From Nitrospirota bacterium (GTDB taxonomy: Bacteria; Nitrospirota; UBA9217), in assembly GCA_963740085.1 (NCBI GenBank), contig CAVUCU010000004.1, positions 96,001-160,000 on the forward strand: DNA of 64,000 bases, read 5' to 3'. The notes under the pieces were generated by a model. The model was not told the origin of the DNA. It searched no databases and saw nothing but the letters and a program-made list of their open reading frames with translations. Shown in pieces: positions 8,808 to 18,319 of the stretch (its first letter is position 1; the number at the start of each line of letters is the position of its first letter). The position numbers and the translations under genes were made by a program.

Positions 8808-10466
8808 ATGAAACGGTTAATTATTATACTCTCGATGCTGGTTATTTCAGTTGCTATTCTGTTTGCCTCAAGCGGCGGAGGAGGCGGGGGCGGAGAAACA
8901 CCCCCAACTGGTGGAGGTACACCGCAGGGTGGAGGAGGAACAACGGGTCCCGGACTTTCAGCATCGCTCCAGCAAGGCACGTACTGGGAGTTCTTCTGGA
9001 CTACTGAATCAACGAACGCAAGCTCAGGAGGCACGACCTATAGTACAAATACAGGCCGTTTTACGGTTACCTTGGGGGCATCGGTAACCATCCAGGGCAT
9101 GCTGGTCTATCCTCTTGTCGTTAGCGGACAAACCGGCACCCCTGGCCCGGATTTCAAACCCCGGTGGACGCATGTCGGCTATTCCAGAGGTGCGCTGGTC
9201 GGGTCCACAAACGGATCTACGCTGACCACCATTCTTGATGCTTCAAAGACCTCCATGCTTGGCGGCGGATTTATCACGCAGTTCGATCCCGCAGAAACGA
9301 TCAGCATTAGTTCAGGAACCTTCTCGGGAAATTACAACCAGTTAAGCAGCATTATCGCAAGCCATGGCACGAGTAAAGGCGGTTGTCAATCGATCCTGGG
9401 CTACACGATCTGTAGCGATAGGCAAACAACATTCTCGGAGAATGAGTATTATAAGGATGGAGTCGGCCCTCTCGGCCTGAAGCGTGACATGTACTTCTCC
9501 TCCTGTGGAGGCGGTTTCTGTTCAGACCACTGGAACACGCACGTGGTCGAACTGGTCGGCACGTCGCTTACCCCTACAGATGGCAGCGTCATCAAACAAC
9601 CGCCATGGGCCGCGGTTAGGCCCTTGAACACGCCAAGAACGGAGCATTTAGCTGCGGCTTACAACGGAAAGATCTATGTCTTTGGTGGATATGATACTAA
9701 TAAAACGCATCTGACCAGCGTTGAAATCTATGATCCTGTTGCTAATACTTGGACGGCGGGTGCACCTATTCCAGACTCCAATCCTTACGCTGTGGCAAAG
9801 ATTGTCGACAGCAAGATCTATTTGATTCCGACGGTCGGTACTGCGATTCGTATATACGACCCCATTGGGAATAGCTGGTCTTCCGGAGCTGCAATGGCAT
9901 TCCATGATGCGTCCGTGGACGGAGATGTTTGGTCTGACGCGACCGGCACCTACATCGTAAATGCAACCCCTGATGGCGCTTCTTCGAACGTCCTCAAAAT
10001 CTATGCCTACCGGCCCAGTGACAATAGCTTGTGGTATGGCTCTGATCTATCACCTTACACTGACCATCGATGGGGCGCGGTCACCATCGTCGGGAATAAT
10101 CTGTACGTTATTGGAGGGTACCGTCAATATTTGTCCCCGAGTGTAGTCTATAAGAACACTCTTCTCTATGATCTCTCGACAGATACCTGGTATCAGGGTG
10201 TCGGTACTCTGAATGTTGCACGGTATTCGGCAAAAGCCGTTACTTTCAATGGAGCTGCGGTCGTGCTGGGTGGTGAGGATGTGGTCAAGGAGCTTCGTGA
10301 CGTTGAAACCTACAATGAGACGACCAAGACTTGGAGCAAGCTTCCGTCCATGCTCAAGGCGAGGTCGCATTTCGCCGCTGTGGTCATGAGCGGAAAGATC
10401 TACGTCATCGGGGGCACGGCGGGCGGCACCACGTTTGGAAATGTCGAGGCATATACGCCGAACTGA
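8808..10466 (+). CDS. Exported Kelch-repeat beta-propeller protein
   Basis: Signal peptide and Gly linker; Kelch repeats GKIYVFGG..VEIYDP..W, NLYVIGG, GKIYVIGG. Confidence 0.88.
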   Translation: MKRLIIILSMLVISVAILFASSGGGGGGGETPPTGGGTPQGGGGTTGPGLSASLQQGTYWEFFWTTESTNASSGGTTYSTNTGRFTVTLGASVTIQGMLVYPLVVSGQTGTPGPDFKPRWTHVGYSRGALVGSTNGSTLTTILDASKTSMLGGGFITQFDPAETISISSGTFSGNYNQLSSIIASHGTSKGGCQSILGYTICSDRQTTFSENEYYKDGVGPLGLKRDMYFSSCGGGFCSDHWNTHVVELVGTSLTPTDGSVIKQPPWAAVRPLNTPRTEHLAAAYNGKIYVFGGYDTNKTHLTSVEIYDPVANTWTAGAPIPDSNPYAVAKIVDSKIYLIPTVGTAIRIYDPIGNSWSSGAAMAFHDASVDGDVWSDATGTYIVNATPDGASSNVLKIYAYRPSDNSLWYGSDLSPYTDHRWGAVTIVGNNLYVIGGYRQYLSPSVVYKNTLLYDLSTDTWYQGVGTLNVARYSAKAVTFNGAAVVLGGEDVVKELRDVETYNETTKTWSKLPSMLKARSHFAAVVMSGKIYVIGGTAGGTTFGNVEAYTPN

Positions 10467-10611
10467 TGCGTATCAGACAGGTGGCATATCAGCAGCCGCA
10501 GCGTAACGGGGGACTGTCCCGGAGTGCTCTGTCGCAGCAGCACCGCATGATTCCATCACACTGCGGCTTAGTAAGTATGGTTCTATGGATACTTCTGCTA
10601 AGGAGCGTATT

Positions 10612-12117
10612 ATGAAAACGCGAGAGCTCTCATTAATTGCCGCCTTAGTGGTCGTGTATCTGATGGGGGGAGTCGTGGCATATGGTGGCATTGGTCCGGT
10701 ATTGGACAAGATTTCTCCTTCCCTTGCCTATGATATTCAGAATAACCGATATCTCGCCGTGTATGAAAAAGACGTTTACATTAACGGGCAGCTCATTGAT
10801 GCAAATGGAACGCCATCCTCCGCTGAATTCGCTATTTCTGATCCTGCAATAAACCAACGCGGTTCCTCGGTGGCCTATGATGGGGTAAATGACAGGTTCA
10901 TCGTGGTGTGGGCGCGTTACGGCGCAGGTATCTACGGCCAACTCGTTAACGCAACAGGCGGTCTGATCGGCGGCAATTTTATCATAAGCGGTTATCAGAA
11001 CGTGGACAGGCCATCAGTTGCTTATGACAGTATCAATCGGACTTTTCTCGTTGTATGGGAAGACCCGCGCAACTCGACTGGATCCAATACGGACATTTAC
11101 GGTCAGATCGTGAACTCTGATGGAAGTCTTATTGGTGGCAACATAGCCGTCTCAACCGCCGTGAATCACCAATTCCATCCCTCAACAACCTATGACAGTG
11201 TTAATCAGAGATTCTTCGTGGTATGGATGGACAGCCGAATTACTGACTACGACCTCTACGGTCAGCTTGTGGACTATGGGGGAGCCCTGATCGGCTCTAA
11301 TTTTGTCGTCTCTGCCGCTCATGGCATTATGACGGATCCTGTTGTTGTTTATGATGTCACTCATCAGAAGTATCTCGTCGCATGGTCTGACGATCGAGAT
11401 CTTGCATCCACGGGATACAATATTTATGGTCAAATAGTCAACGCAGACGGTATCGTGAGCAGCGATAGCTTCACGATCTCGAACGCCGAGGGCGATCAAT
11501 CTTCCCCTGCGGTGGCTTTCGATGCCGCAACCAATACGTTCATGGTGGCATGGCAGGATGATCGAATGGCTGGTAGTTCGGGATCTGACATATACGGGCA
11601 ATTTGTGGATTCGGGCGGAGGATTGGTTGGAACGAATTTCTCGGTAAACAGCGCAGCCGGAAATCAACGTTATCCTATGGTTGCCTATAATTCTATTGCG
11701 AAAAATTTCATGGTCGCCTCTGAAAACCGGAGCGTTGCACCGGCTGATCTTTCTTTTGATCTTGTCGGCAGCGCAGCCTTGAATAATACCGCTCTAGACG
11801 AAGGGGGTGGAGGAGGGGGAGGCTGCTTCATCGCAACCGCAGCATACGGCAGTTCAATGGCCGAGGAGGTAAGGGTTCTTCGGGAGTTCAGGGATAATTA
11901 TCTCCTTACCAATGCGGTGGGCCGAGCATTCGTAAAGCTCTATTACCAATACTCACCTGCACCAGCGGAGTATATTGCCCGCCATGAGTTGCTCAGGACA
12001 GCCACAAGGTTAGCTCTAACGCCCGTCGTGTTCGGCGTCAGGCAACCTGTAGCTGTACTGCTTGTAATCACGGGTATCACTATCGTGTTTGTGAAAAGAT
12101 CGAGGATAGCTCGATAG
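10612..12117 (+). CDS. Exported repeat protein with a C-terminal CFI-box-CTERM-type sorting domain
   Basis: About 6 repeats of PSVAYD..FLVVW.D.R..DIYGQ; [27 protein letters not shown], then a TM segment and basic tail. Confidence 0.85.
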   Translation: MKTRELSLIAALVVVYLMGGVVAYGGIGPVLDKISPSLAYDIQNNRYLAVYEKDVYINGQLIDANGTPSSAEFAISDPAINQRGSSVAYDGVNDRFIVVWARYGAGIYGQLVNATGGLIGGNFIISGYQNVDRPSVAYDSINRTFLVVWEDPRNSTGSNTDIYGQIVNSDGSLIGGNIAVSTAVNHQFHPSTTYDSVNQRFFVVWMDSRITDYDLYGQLVDYGGALIGSNFVVSAAHGIMTDPVVVYDVTHQKYLVAWSDDRDLASTGYNIYGQIVNADGIVSSDSFTISNAEGDQSSPAVAFDAATNTFMVAWQDDRMAGSSGSDIYGQFVDSGGGLVGTNFSVNSAAGNQRYPMVAYNSIAKNFMVASENRSVAPADLSFDLVGSAALNNTALDEGGGGGGGCFIATAAYGSSMAEEVRVLREFRDNYLLTNAVGRAFVKLYYQYSPAPAEYIARHELLRTATRLALTPVVFGVRQPVAVLLVITGITIVFVKRSRIAR

Positions 12118-12132
12118 ATAAGGAGGATCGTC

Positions 12133-13944
12133 ATGAAAAGGGGAAGGCTGTTACTTATCACTGTTCTTCTGTCGTTTTTTACGGCGGTGTCGCTGGTTAA
12201 CTGCGGTGGAGGTGGCGGAGGAGGTGGTGGAGGTACTCCACCACCTCCCGTATCCAGTAATGCTAACCTTGCATCGCTCACTGCTTCTCATGGATTAGTG
12301 AACCCGTCTTTTGATCCCGCAACGACGGTATATGCCTCCATGTTCATTGGGCAGACGTCGATCACTATTACGCCTACAGCGGCGGATGCAGGTGCAACGA
12401 TCACGGTCAATGGGGCAGCCGTGGCATCGGGACATCAGTCTCAAGCCATTTCACTGAATCCCGGTCAGAACACGGTAACCGTTGCTGTGACTGCGGCAGA
12501 CGGGGTGACGACGAAGAACTATACGATCACCGCGAATTTGCTGTCGCAGGAAGCATACGCCAAGGCATCCAATACCGATGCACCTGATCTGTTTGGCTGG
12601 AGCGTAGCCCTATCGGGAGATACTCTCGCGGTAGGTGCAGTTTGGGAGGCGAGCAACGCTACAGGGATTGACGGTGATCAGTCTGACAATACTGAATGGC
12701 AGACCGGAGCGGTGTATGTTTTTATCCGTAGCGGATCGACGTGGACCCAGCAGGCATATATCAAGGCGTCTAACAGCGGTGGATTAGACTGGTTTGGATA
12801 CAGCATGTCCCTGGAGGGTGATACTCTCGCCGTAGGGTCTCCTTGGGAGGGCAGCAGCAACGGCAACCAGGGAGACAATAGTGCATCCGGGAGCGGGGCG
12901 GTGTATGTGTTCACCCGAAATGGTACGACCTGGACCCAGCAGGCGTATATCAAGGCATCGAACATCGATGCCGACGATAATTTCGGCTATAGCGTATCTC
13001 TCTCGGGAGACACGCTTGCCGTAGGCGCGCCTGAAGAAGACAGCAATGCTAAAGGTGTCAACGGCGACGAGAACGATAATAGTGCACCCGTGAGCGGCGC
13101 GGTGTATGTGTTCACCCGCACCGGTACGACATGGAACCAGCAGTCATATATCAAAGCATCGAATACTGATGCATATGACTGGTTTGGCTACAGCGTATCC
13201 CTCTCGGGTAATACGCTTGCTGTCGGGGCGCCTGAAGAAGCAAGCAATGCCCAAGGTATAAACGGCGACCAGGCGGATAATAGTGCAATTTATAGCGGGG
13301 CTGCATATGTGTTCATCCGGACCGGAGCGACTTGGACCCAGCAGGCGTACATCAAGGCATCGAACAGCATGGAAGGCGCCTGGTTTGGCCGGAGTCTATC
13401 TCTCTCGGGTGACACACTCGCCGTAGCGGCGCCTGATGAAAGCGGCGGTTCCACGGGGATCAATGGCGATCAGACGGTTAACGGCGCAACATCTATGAGC
13501 GGGGCGGTATATGTATTCACCCGGACCGGGGTGACCTGGACCCAGCAGGCCTATATCAAGGCATCGAATACTGGTCAAACCGATACGTTTGGCATAAGTG
13601 TGTGCCTTTCGGGTGACAGCCTCGCTGTCGGTGCTCCTAATGAAGCCAGTGTCGCAAAAGGGATCGGTGGTGATCAGGCAGATAACAGCGGGGTCGGGGC
13701 GGGAGCTGCTTATTTGTTCACCCGGACCGGCACGACCTGGACCCAGCAGGCGTATATCAAGGCATCGAACACCGATGCACGTGATACCTTTGGATTTAGT
13801 GTTGCCCTTTCAGGTGACACGCTTGCTGTTGGAGCACCTGACGAAGGCAGCAATGCTAAAGGAATCAACGGCGACCAGACGGACAACAGCGCTTTCATTA
13901 GCGGTACTGGCCAAGGGGCTGGAGCGGCATACATTTTGCGCTAG
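12133..13944 (+). CDS. Lipoprotein with cadherin-like beta-sandwich and FG-GAP/integrin-alpha repeats
   Basis: Lipobox LVN-C plus poly-Gly; VTAADGVTTKNYTI; repeated AYIKASNT..FG.SVSLSGDTLAVGAP..GAVYVF. Confidence 0.9.
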   Translation: MKRGRLLLITVLLSFFTAVSLVNCGGGGGGGGGGTPPPPVSSNANLASLTASHGLVNPSFDPATTVYASMFIGQTSITITPTAADAGATITVNGAAVASGHQSQAISLNPGQNTVTVAVTAADGVTTKNYTITANLLSQEAYAKASNTDAPDLFGWSVALSGDTLAVGAVWEASNATGIDGDQSDNTEWQTGAVYVFIRSGSTWTQQAYIKASNSGGLDWFGYSMSLEGDTLAVGSPWEGSSNGNQGDNSASGSGAVYVFTRNGTTWTQQAYIKASNIDADDNFGYSVSLSGDTLAVGAPEEDSNAKGVNGDENDNSAPVSGAVYVFTRTGTTWNQQSYIKASNTDAYDWFGYSVSLSGNTLAVGAPEEASNAQGINGDQADNSAIYSGAAYVFIRTGATWTQQAYIKASNSMEGAWFGRSLSLSGDTLAVAAPDESGGSTGINGDQTVNGATSMSGAVYVFTRTGVTWTQQAYIKASNTGQTDTFGISVCLSGDSLAVGAPNEASVAKGIGGDQADNSGVGAGAAYLFTRTGTTWTQQAYIKASNTDARDTFGFSVALSGDTLAVGAPDEGSNAKGINGDQTDNSAFISGTGQGAGAAYILR

Positions 13945-14004
13945 CGATGAAGGAGTGCGATTGCATGTAAGAAGCGGATAATGAATTGCGTGCGGTTAGT
14001 GCTG

Positions 14005-14036
14005 GAGGAGAGAACGACCCGTTCTCTCCTCTTTTT
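14005..14036 (+). terminator. Intrinsic terminator closing the surface-protein cluster
   Basis: gaggagagaacg-acc-cgttctctcctc followed by ttttt. Confidence 0.85.
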
Positions 14037-15126
14037 ATGATGAGGGGATGGAGAAATTTGACAAAGCCCGGAGCTGGCCGCAGGCGGCGTGGATATCGCG
14101 GCCGCGGCTGTTCCTGACGACGGCCACGTAACCGTTGTTCACGAGGGTGTCCCTGAAAAAGAAGGCACGCTCTTCATCAGGGCGATCATAAGAGGAGCCG
14201 GTGAAGGGATTAAAGAGCAGGATGTTGATCATGCAGGGCAGGTCCCGCAGTACCTCCATAAGCCGCTTCACCTCATCGGATGAATCATTTATTCCCTTAA
14301 AAAGCACATACTCGATCGTCACGGTCCTGCCGGTCGTATCGCAGTAATACCGCACTGCCTGCATCAGCCGCGCGAGAGGATATGTCTTGTTGACCGGCAT
14401 TATTTTGTCCCGCATCTCGTTGGTCGTGGCATTCAGCGACACGGCGAGGCTCACATCCACCCCGTCATCCGCGAGTTTCTCGATCATCGGAGCGAGTCCG
14501 CAGGTCGAGAGCGTCACCTTCCGGGGCGAGAACCCCATCCCGTTCCTGTCCGTGGCGATCTCGATGAACGATCTGACTGCCTCATAATTGCTGAGCGGCT
14601 CTCCCGTGCCCATGAGAACAATGTTCGAGATCGTTTTTTTGTCAACGATGTGTCCCGCGGCAAAGACCTGGTTCACGATCTCCGAGACCGTGAGGTTCCG
14701 CACGAGTCCGCCCGAGCCGGTGAGGCAGAAGCCGCAGCCCGAAGCGCAGCCTACCTGTGAAGAGACGCAGAGCGTAAGCCGTCCTCCCGGGCCGGGGATG
14801 AGCACTCCTTCAACGGCATTCCCGTCACTCAGCCGATAGAGCAGTTCACGGGTCCCGTCCCCGGAGGCGCTGCACTGTTCAATGGTGAGTGTGGATATCG
14901 AAGCATGTCGCTTCAGGTCTTCGCGGAACGGACTGTTCAGATCGGTCATCGCATCGAAATCCTCTACCTTTCTGCGATAGAGCCACACGGCGGCGCGGAG
15001 GCCCTGGCCGGGTTTCCGGCCCAACCTGTTTGTACAAAACCGGTCGATCTCGCGGGGAGTGAGACCTTTAAGGTCGATGATTGTATCGGGTTGATTATTC
15101 ATGGTTAAGACTTTTCGTCGGATCAT
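14035..15126 (-). CDS. rlmN: RlmN-family radical SAM rRNA/tRNA methyltransferase
   Basis: CVSSQVGCASGCGFC, MGTGEP, VTIEYVL, AACGQL. Confidence 0.9.
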   Translation of the reverse strand: MIRRKVLTMNNQPDTIIDLKGLTPREIDRFCTNRLGRKPGQGLRAAVWLYRRKVEDFDAMTDLNSPFREDLKRHASISTLTIEQCSASGDGTRELLYRLSDGNAVEGVLIPGPGGRLTLCVSSQVGCASGCGFCLTGSGGLVRNLTVSEIVNQVFAAGHIVDKKTISNIVLMGTGEPLSNYEAVRSFIEIATDRNGMGFSPRKVTLSTCGLAPMIEKLADDGVDVSLAVSLNATTNEMRDKIMPVNKTYPLARLMQAVRYYCDTTGRTVTIEYVLFKGINDSSDEVKRLMEVLRDLPCMINILLFNPFTGSSYDRPDEERAFFFRDTLVNNGYVAVVRNSRGRDIHAACGQLRALSNFSIPSS

Positions 15127-15172
15127 GGCAACAAATGGCGGACAGTTTACTGTCGCTCATGACAACTCAAAA

Positions 15173-15676
15173 GATTAAGGAGAAAGGGGGAAATTGGGGA
15201 GAAACGGAGATAAAGTCTGGAAAAATGAACCGGGTTTAGTATCATCAAATATCTTCCAATCGGCTCCCCTTCGACCTATTTTTTCACTAATTCAACCCTT
15301 CTCACATCAAGGGTAAAATCTGAAAAATTGACCAACAGGCCGACTTCTTTTTGCAAAGCTTTCAAATATGACCTCACTTGTGCATAGTATTTCTTACTTA
15401 AACCTTCTACTGTTTTTAGCTCAACTACGATATCACCTTCAATCAATAGGTCGATTTTATGACTTCCAACTTGAATATCACAATATCTAACCCTGACTTC
15501 CTTCTCTGATTCAAAGACAATTTTTTGTTTCTCAAGTTCAATCTTCAAGGCATTATGATAAATGCTTTCTAAAAAACCTGGACCTAATTCCTTGTGTACA
15601 ATTATACAAGCGTTGATAATTTTATCCGTTAAGTCCTCTTTTCCCCATTTCTCCATCTTCTCCCTTTCTCCTTATC
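15173..15676. repeat. Inverted arrays of a 9-nt unit enclosing the GxxExxY gene
   Basis: Left arm 15173-15210 gattaaggagaaagggggaaattggggagaaacggaga; right arm 15634-15676 tcctcttttccccatttctccatcttctccctttctccttatc. Confidence 0.8.
15276..15656 (-). CDS. GxxExxY protein (PD-(D/E)XK nuclease-like)
   Basis: VHKELGPGFLESIY, IDLLIEGDIVVELK, QVRSYLK, GLLVNF; markedly AT-rich relative to its neighbours. Confidence 0.92.
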   Translation of the reverse strand: MEKWGKEDLTDKIINACIIVHKELGPGFLESIYHNALKIELEKQKIVFESEKEVRVRYCDIQVGSHKIDLLIEGDIVVELKTVEGLSKKYYAQVRSYLKALQKEVGLLVNFSDFTLDVRRVELVKK

Positions 15677-15773
15677 GTTTTACAACTGATTTTAATCTGT
15701 GCCATCAAACATTGCAAGCGGATTGTTCGAAAATCAATTGACATCCCTGTCGGGAACATGCTAAGAATTGCCC

Positions 15774-16220
15774 ATGAAAGCATTGCTCCAGCGGGTATCA
15801 TCCGCGCATGTTGAGATCGAGGGAACCACGGTCGGTGGAATCGGGAAGGGGCTCCTGGTTTTTCTCTGTGCGGTCAAGGGGGATACGGGAAAAGACCTTG
15901 AGTACGTGGCCAGGAAGGTGTCATCGCTCAGGATCTTTGAAGACGAGCAGGGAAAGATGAACCGGTCCGTTACGGATATTAGCGGCGAAGTGCTTGTCGT
16001 CTCGCAGTTCACGCTTGCGGCGTCAACGCGAAAGGGAAACCGGCCTTCTTTCGACAATGCCGAGGCACCGGAACTGGCAAAGAGGATGTATGATTTTTTC
16101 GTCAACCGGCTTCGCGACATGGGCATCCCTGTCCAAACAGGCACATTCGCAGCAATGATGCGGGTATTTCTCGTAAATGATGGTCCGGTGACGATTTCCC
16201 TCGACTCCCGGGAGGATTAA
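15774..16220 (+). CDS. dtd: D-aminoacyl-tRNA deacylase
   Basis: [25 protein letters not shown]. Confidence 0.96.
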   Translation: MKALLQRVSSAHVEIEGTTVGGIGKGLLVFLCAVKGDTGKDLEYVARKVSSLRIFEDEQGKMNRSVTDISGEVLVVSQFTLAASTRKGNRPSFDNAEAPELAKRMYDFFVNRLRDMGIPVQTGTFAAMMRVFLVNDGPVTISLDSRED

Positions 16221-16224
16221 CATC

Positions 16225-17070
16225 ATGCGGCGTATATTAATTAGGGGAAGTTTCTGGTTCTGGATGCTGGTCCTTCTCGCGTTACAGACGGGATGCACCT
16301 ACATGTTTTTTAAACCGTCAAAAGAATTTGTCATGAGTTCCGAAGTCCTCAGGTATTCACCCCAGGATGTCTATTTCAAGTCTTCTGACGGGGTGACCCT
16401 CCACGGATGGTATTTCAGGGCCAAGGAGGAGCACGGCACCATCCTCATCTGCCACGGCAATGTGGAAAACCTCAGCACTCATGTAAAGCTCGACCTGTGG
16501 CTGATCGACGCGGGCTATAATCTCTTCATCTTCGATTACCGCGGGTACGGAAGGTCGGAGGGGTCGCCGGATGTTCAGGGGATCAATCGGGATGCCGAGG
16601 CGGCGCTCGAAACACTTCTTTTTACACTGCCGCGCACGAAAGACGGCAGGATCATCGTCTTCGGGAAAAGCCTCGGCGGCGCCGTGGCTGTGTACACGGT
16701 TGCGAATTCACCGTATAAGGACCGCGTGAAGGCGCTCATCCTGGACAGCGCATTCTCGAGTTATCGCGCCATAGCGCGGGAAAAGATCGCAGACTCCGTC
16801 ATCGGCTGGCCGTTTCAGTACCCGCTTTCCTGGCTGGTCGACGACGACTTCAGCCCGATAAGATATATCAAGAGGATCACGCCTGTGCCCCTCGTTATTA
16901 TCCAGGGGAAGGCCGATGATATCGTGCCCGAACATCATGGACGTATCCTGTACGATGCCGCCCTGTTGCCCAAGGAATTCTGGGAGCCGGCAGTCCCCGG
17001 TCATGTGAAGGCACAGGCTGATGAAGGCACGAGGAAAAAGCTGTTGGACTATCTCACCAGGCTGCCATAA
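16225..17070 (+). CDS. Alpha/beta hydrolase, probable lipoprotein
   Basis: QTG-C lipobox, CHGN, DYRGYG, GKSLGG nucleophile elbow, DDIVP, GH. Confidence 0.88.
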   Translation: MRRILIRGSFWFWMLVLLALQTGCTYMFFKPSKEFVMSSEVLRYSPQDVYFKSSDGVTLHGWYFRAKEEHGTILICHGNVENLSTHVKLDLWLIDAGYNLFIFDYRGYGRSEGSPDVQGINRDAEAALETLLFTLPRTKDGRIIVFGKSLGGAVAVYTVANSPYKDRVKALILDSAFSSYRAIAREKIADSVIGWPFQYPLSWLVDDDFSPIRYIKRITPVPLVIIQGKADDIVPEHHGRILYDAALLPKEFWEPAVPGHVKAQADEGTRKKLLDYLTRLP

Positions 17071-17162
17071 TAATCGAAGAAATCGAATACGTGTCAACGC
17101 AATTTAACTGCATCTGGGGTCTGCCGAGACGTGACAATCCCCACGCGCGGGGAAAAACTTCC

Positions 17163-17191
17163 TTGACAATCGCGGACTTTCACCTTATTAT
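17163..17191 (+). promoter_or_regulatory. Sigma70 promoter of tRNA-Leu
   Basis: TTGACA-17 nt-TATTAT, 9 nt upstream of the tRNA. Confidence 0.75.
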
Positions 17192-17200
17192 GTCAGCCGT

Positions 17201-17287
17201 GCCGAAGTGGTGGAACTGGTAGACGCGCTGCGTTCAGGGCGCAGTGGGAGCAATCCCGTGGGGGTTCGAGTCCCCCCTCCGGCACCA
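17201..17287 (+). tRNA. tRNA-Leu (anticodon CAG)
   Basis: GCCGAAG acceptor stem, D-loop GG, ctgcg-ttCAGgg-cgcag anticodon arm, long variable arm ggga-gcaa-tccc, GTTCGAGTC T-loop, encoded CCA. Confidence 0.97.
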
Positions 17288-17288
17288 T

Positions 17289-17468
17289 ATTTGACAAACA
17301 CGACTTTTGGGCTCAATTCCCGGAATGAGGTACTCAACTTCATGGGAACGCGGAAAGTCGAAAGAAATAGCAGCGTGCAACACCTTCTGCCCGTATTACC
17401 TCGATTTTGTCCAAGAAGGAACCTATTGCCTTTTTTTGTTCTCCCGGGTCTCGCTTCCTCAAAACCAT
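17289..17468 (-). pseudogene. C-terminal remnant of a putative integrase (large serine recombinase-like), copy 1
   Basis: Minus-strand translation MVLRKRDPGEQKKAIGSFLDKIEVIRAEGVARCYFF is 15/35 identical to the remnant at 20287-20625; the family assignment is inference. Confidence 0.6.
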
Positions 17469-17591
17469 TCCGATTTTTTATCAGATAACCTTACCGCTCG
17501 TATCCTTCGCAGGAAAAGGGGAGAGCAAGTCTTGTATGTGAGATATCCGGCATTCACAGACGTCTTGCATGAGGAAGGAACGTTAGGGCTG

Positions 17592-18242
17592 TTATCGTCT
17601 TATAGCAAGGCGTTGCCCCAGATCAAAGGCTTTCTGACAGTCAATTGGGAATATTTCCTTACGTCTCAAAGCCTTCTTCTCAGGGTCAAAATGCTCCATG
17701 ATGACCTTTGAATAGTCAGGAAACTGATACGTGTCATAGGAGCACAAGGTTTCGGCCTCGCCGAAGATCCTCTTTAAAGATGCTTCGGTGGCGCTCATCA
17801 TTGCTTGGTAGCCGATCTGCTTGCTCATTTCCTCGGGAACGTTCATCGTGTAGATCATCGCCGTCCGCAGTTTGCGCGGGAAGAGGGACCGTGAAGGCTG
17901 AGAATACACGAGAGGGGCAAAGAGAAGACGTTCCATGCATGATTTCAGCTCTCCGGACATGGACCCGAAGTATACCGGGGTTCCCAGCACCACTGCGTCG
18001 GCCTGGTCTTCGATCCGTTTTAAAACGGGGGTGAGCTCATCTTTCATGGCGCATTGCCCCTTGTTGGGCGAGTCGATCAATTTACACGCGAAACAACTTG
18101 TGCAGCCTTTGAAGGTGAGGTCATAGAGATGGATCAGTTCCGTTACCGCTCCGGCGGCCTGTGCCCCTTCAATGGTTTTTTCCAGCAGCGTTGCGGTATT
18201 CCAGCTCTTTCTCGGACTACCGTTGATGGCGATCAGTTTCAT
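17592..18242 (-). CDS. Flavodoxin-fold iron-sulfur flavoprotein / NADPH-dependent FMN reductase family
   Basis: INGSPRKSWNT, CTSCFAC..C, GTPVYFG. Confidence 0.9.
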   Translation of the reverse strand: MKLIAINGSPRKSWNTATLLEKTIEGAQAAGAVTELIHLYDLTFKGCTSCFACKLIDSPNKGQCAMKDELTPVLKRIEDQADAVVLGTPVYFGSMSGELKSCMERLLFAPLVYSQPSRSLFPRKLRTAMIYTMNVPEEMSKQIGYQAMMSATEASLKRIFGEAETLCSYDTYQFPDYSKVIMEHFDPEKKALRRKEIFPIDCQKAFDLGQRLAIRR

Positions 18243-18319
18243 GTTGGATCAGCTCCTTATAGTGAACGACAGCAATGCCTATTGCATGGTTCCAGTTAGT
18301 GACCGGATGGTTCTTGTTC

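Noticed and set aside
17137-17157. atccccacgcgcggggaaaaa resembles a type I-E CRISPR repeat
   Set aside because: Single copy, no spacers and no cas genes in the window.
17207-17711. Plus-strand ORFs overlapping the tRNA and the island start
   Set aside because: They overlap the tRNA and the minus-strand integrase remnant and show no protein features.
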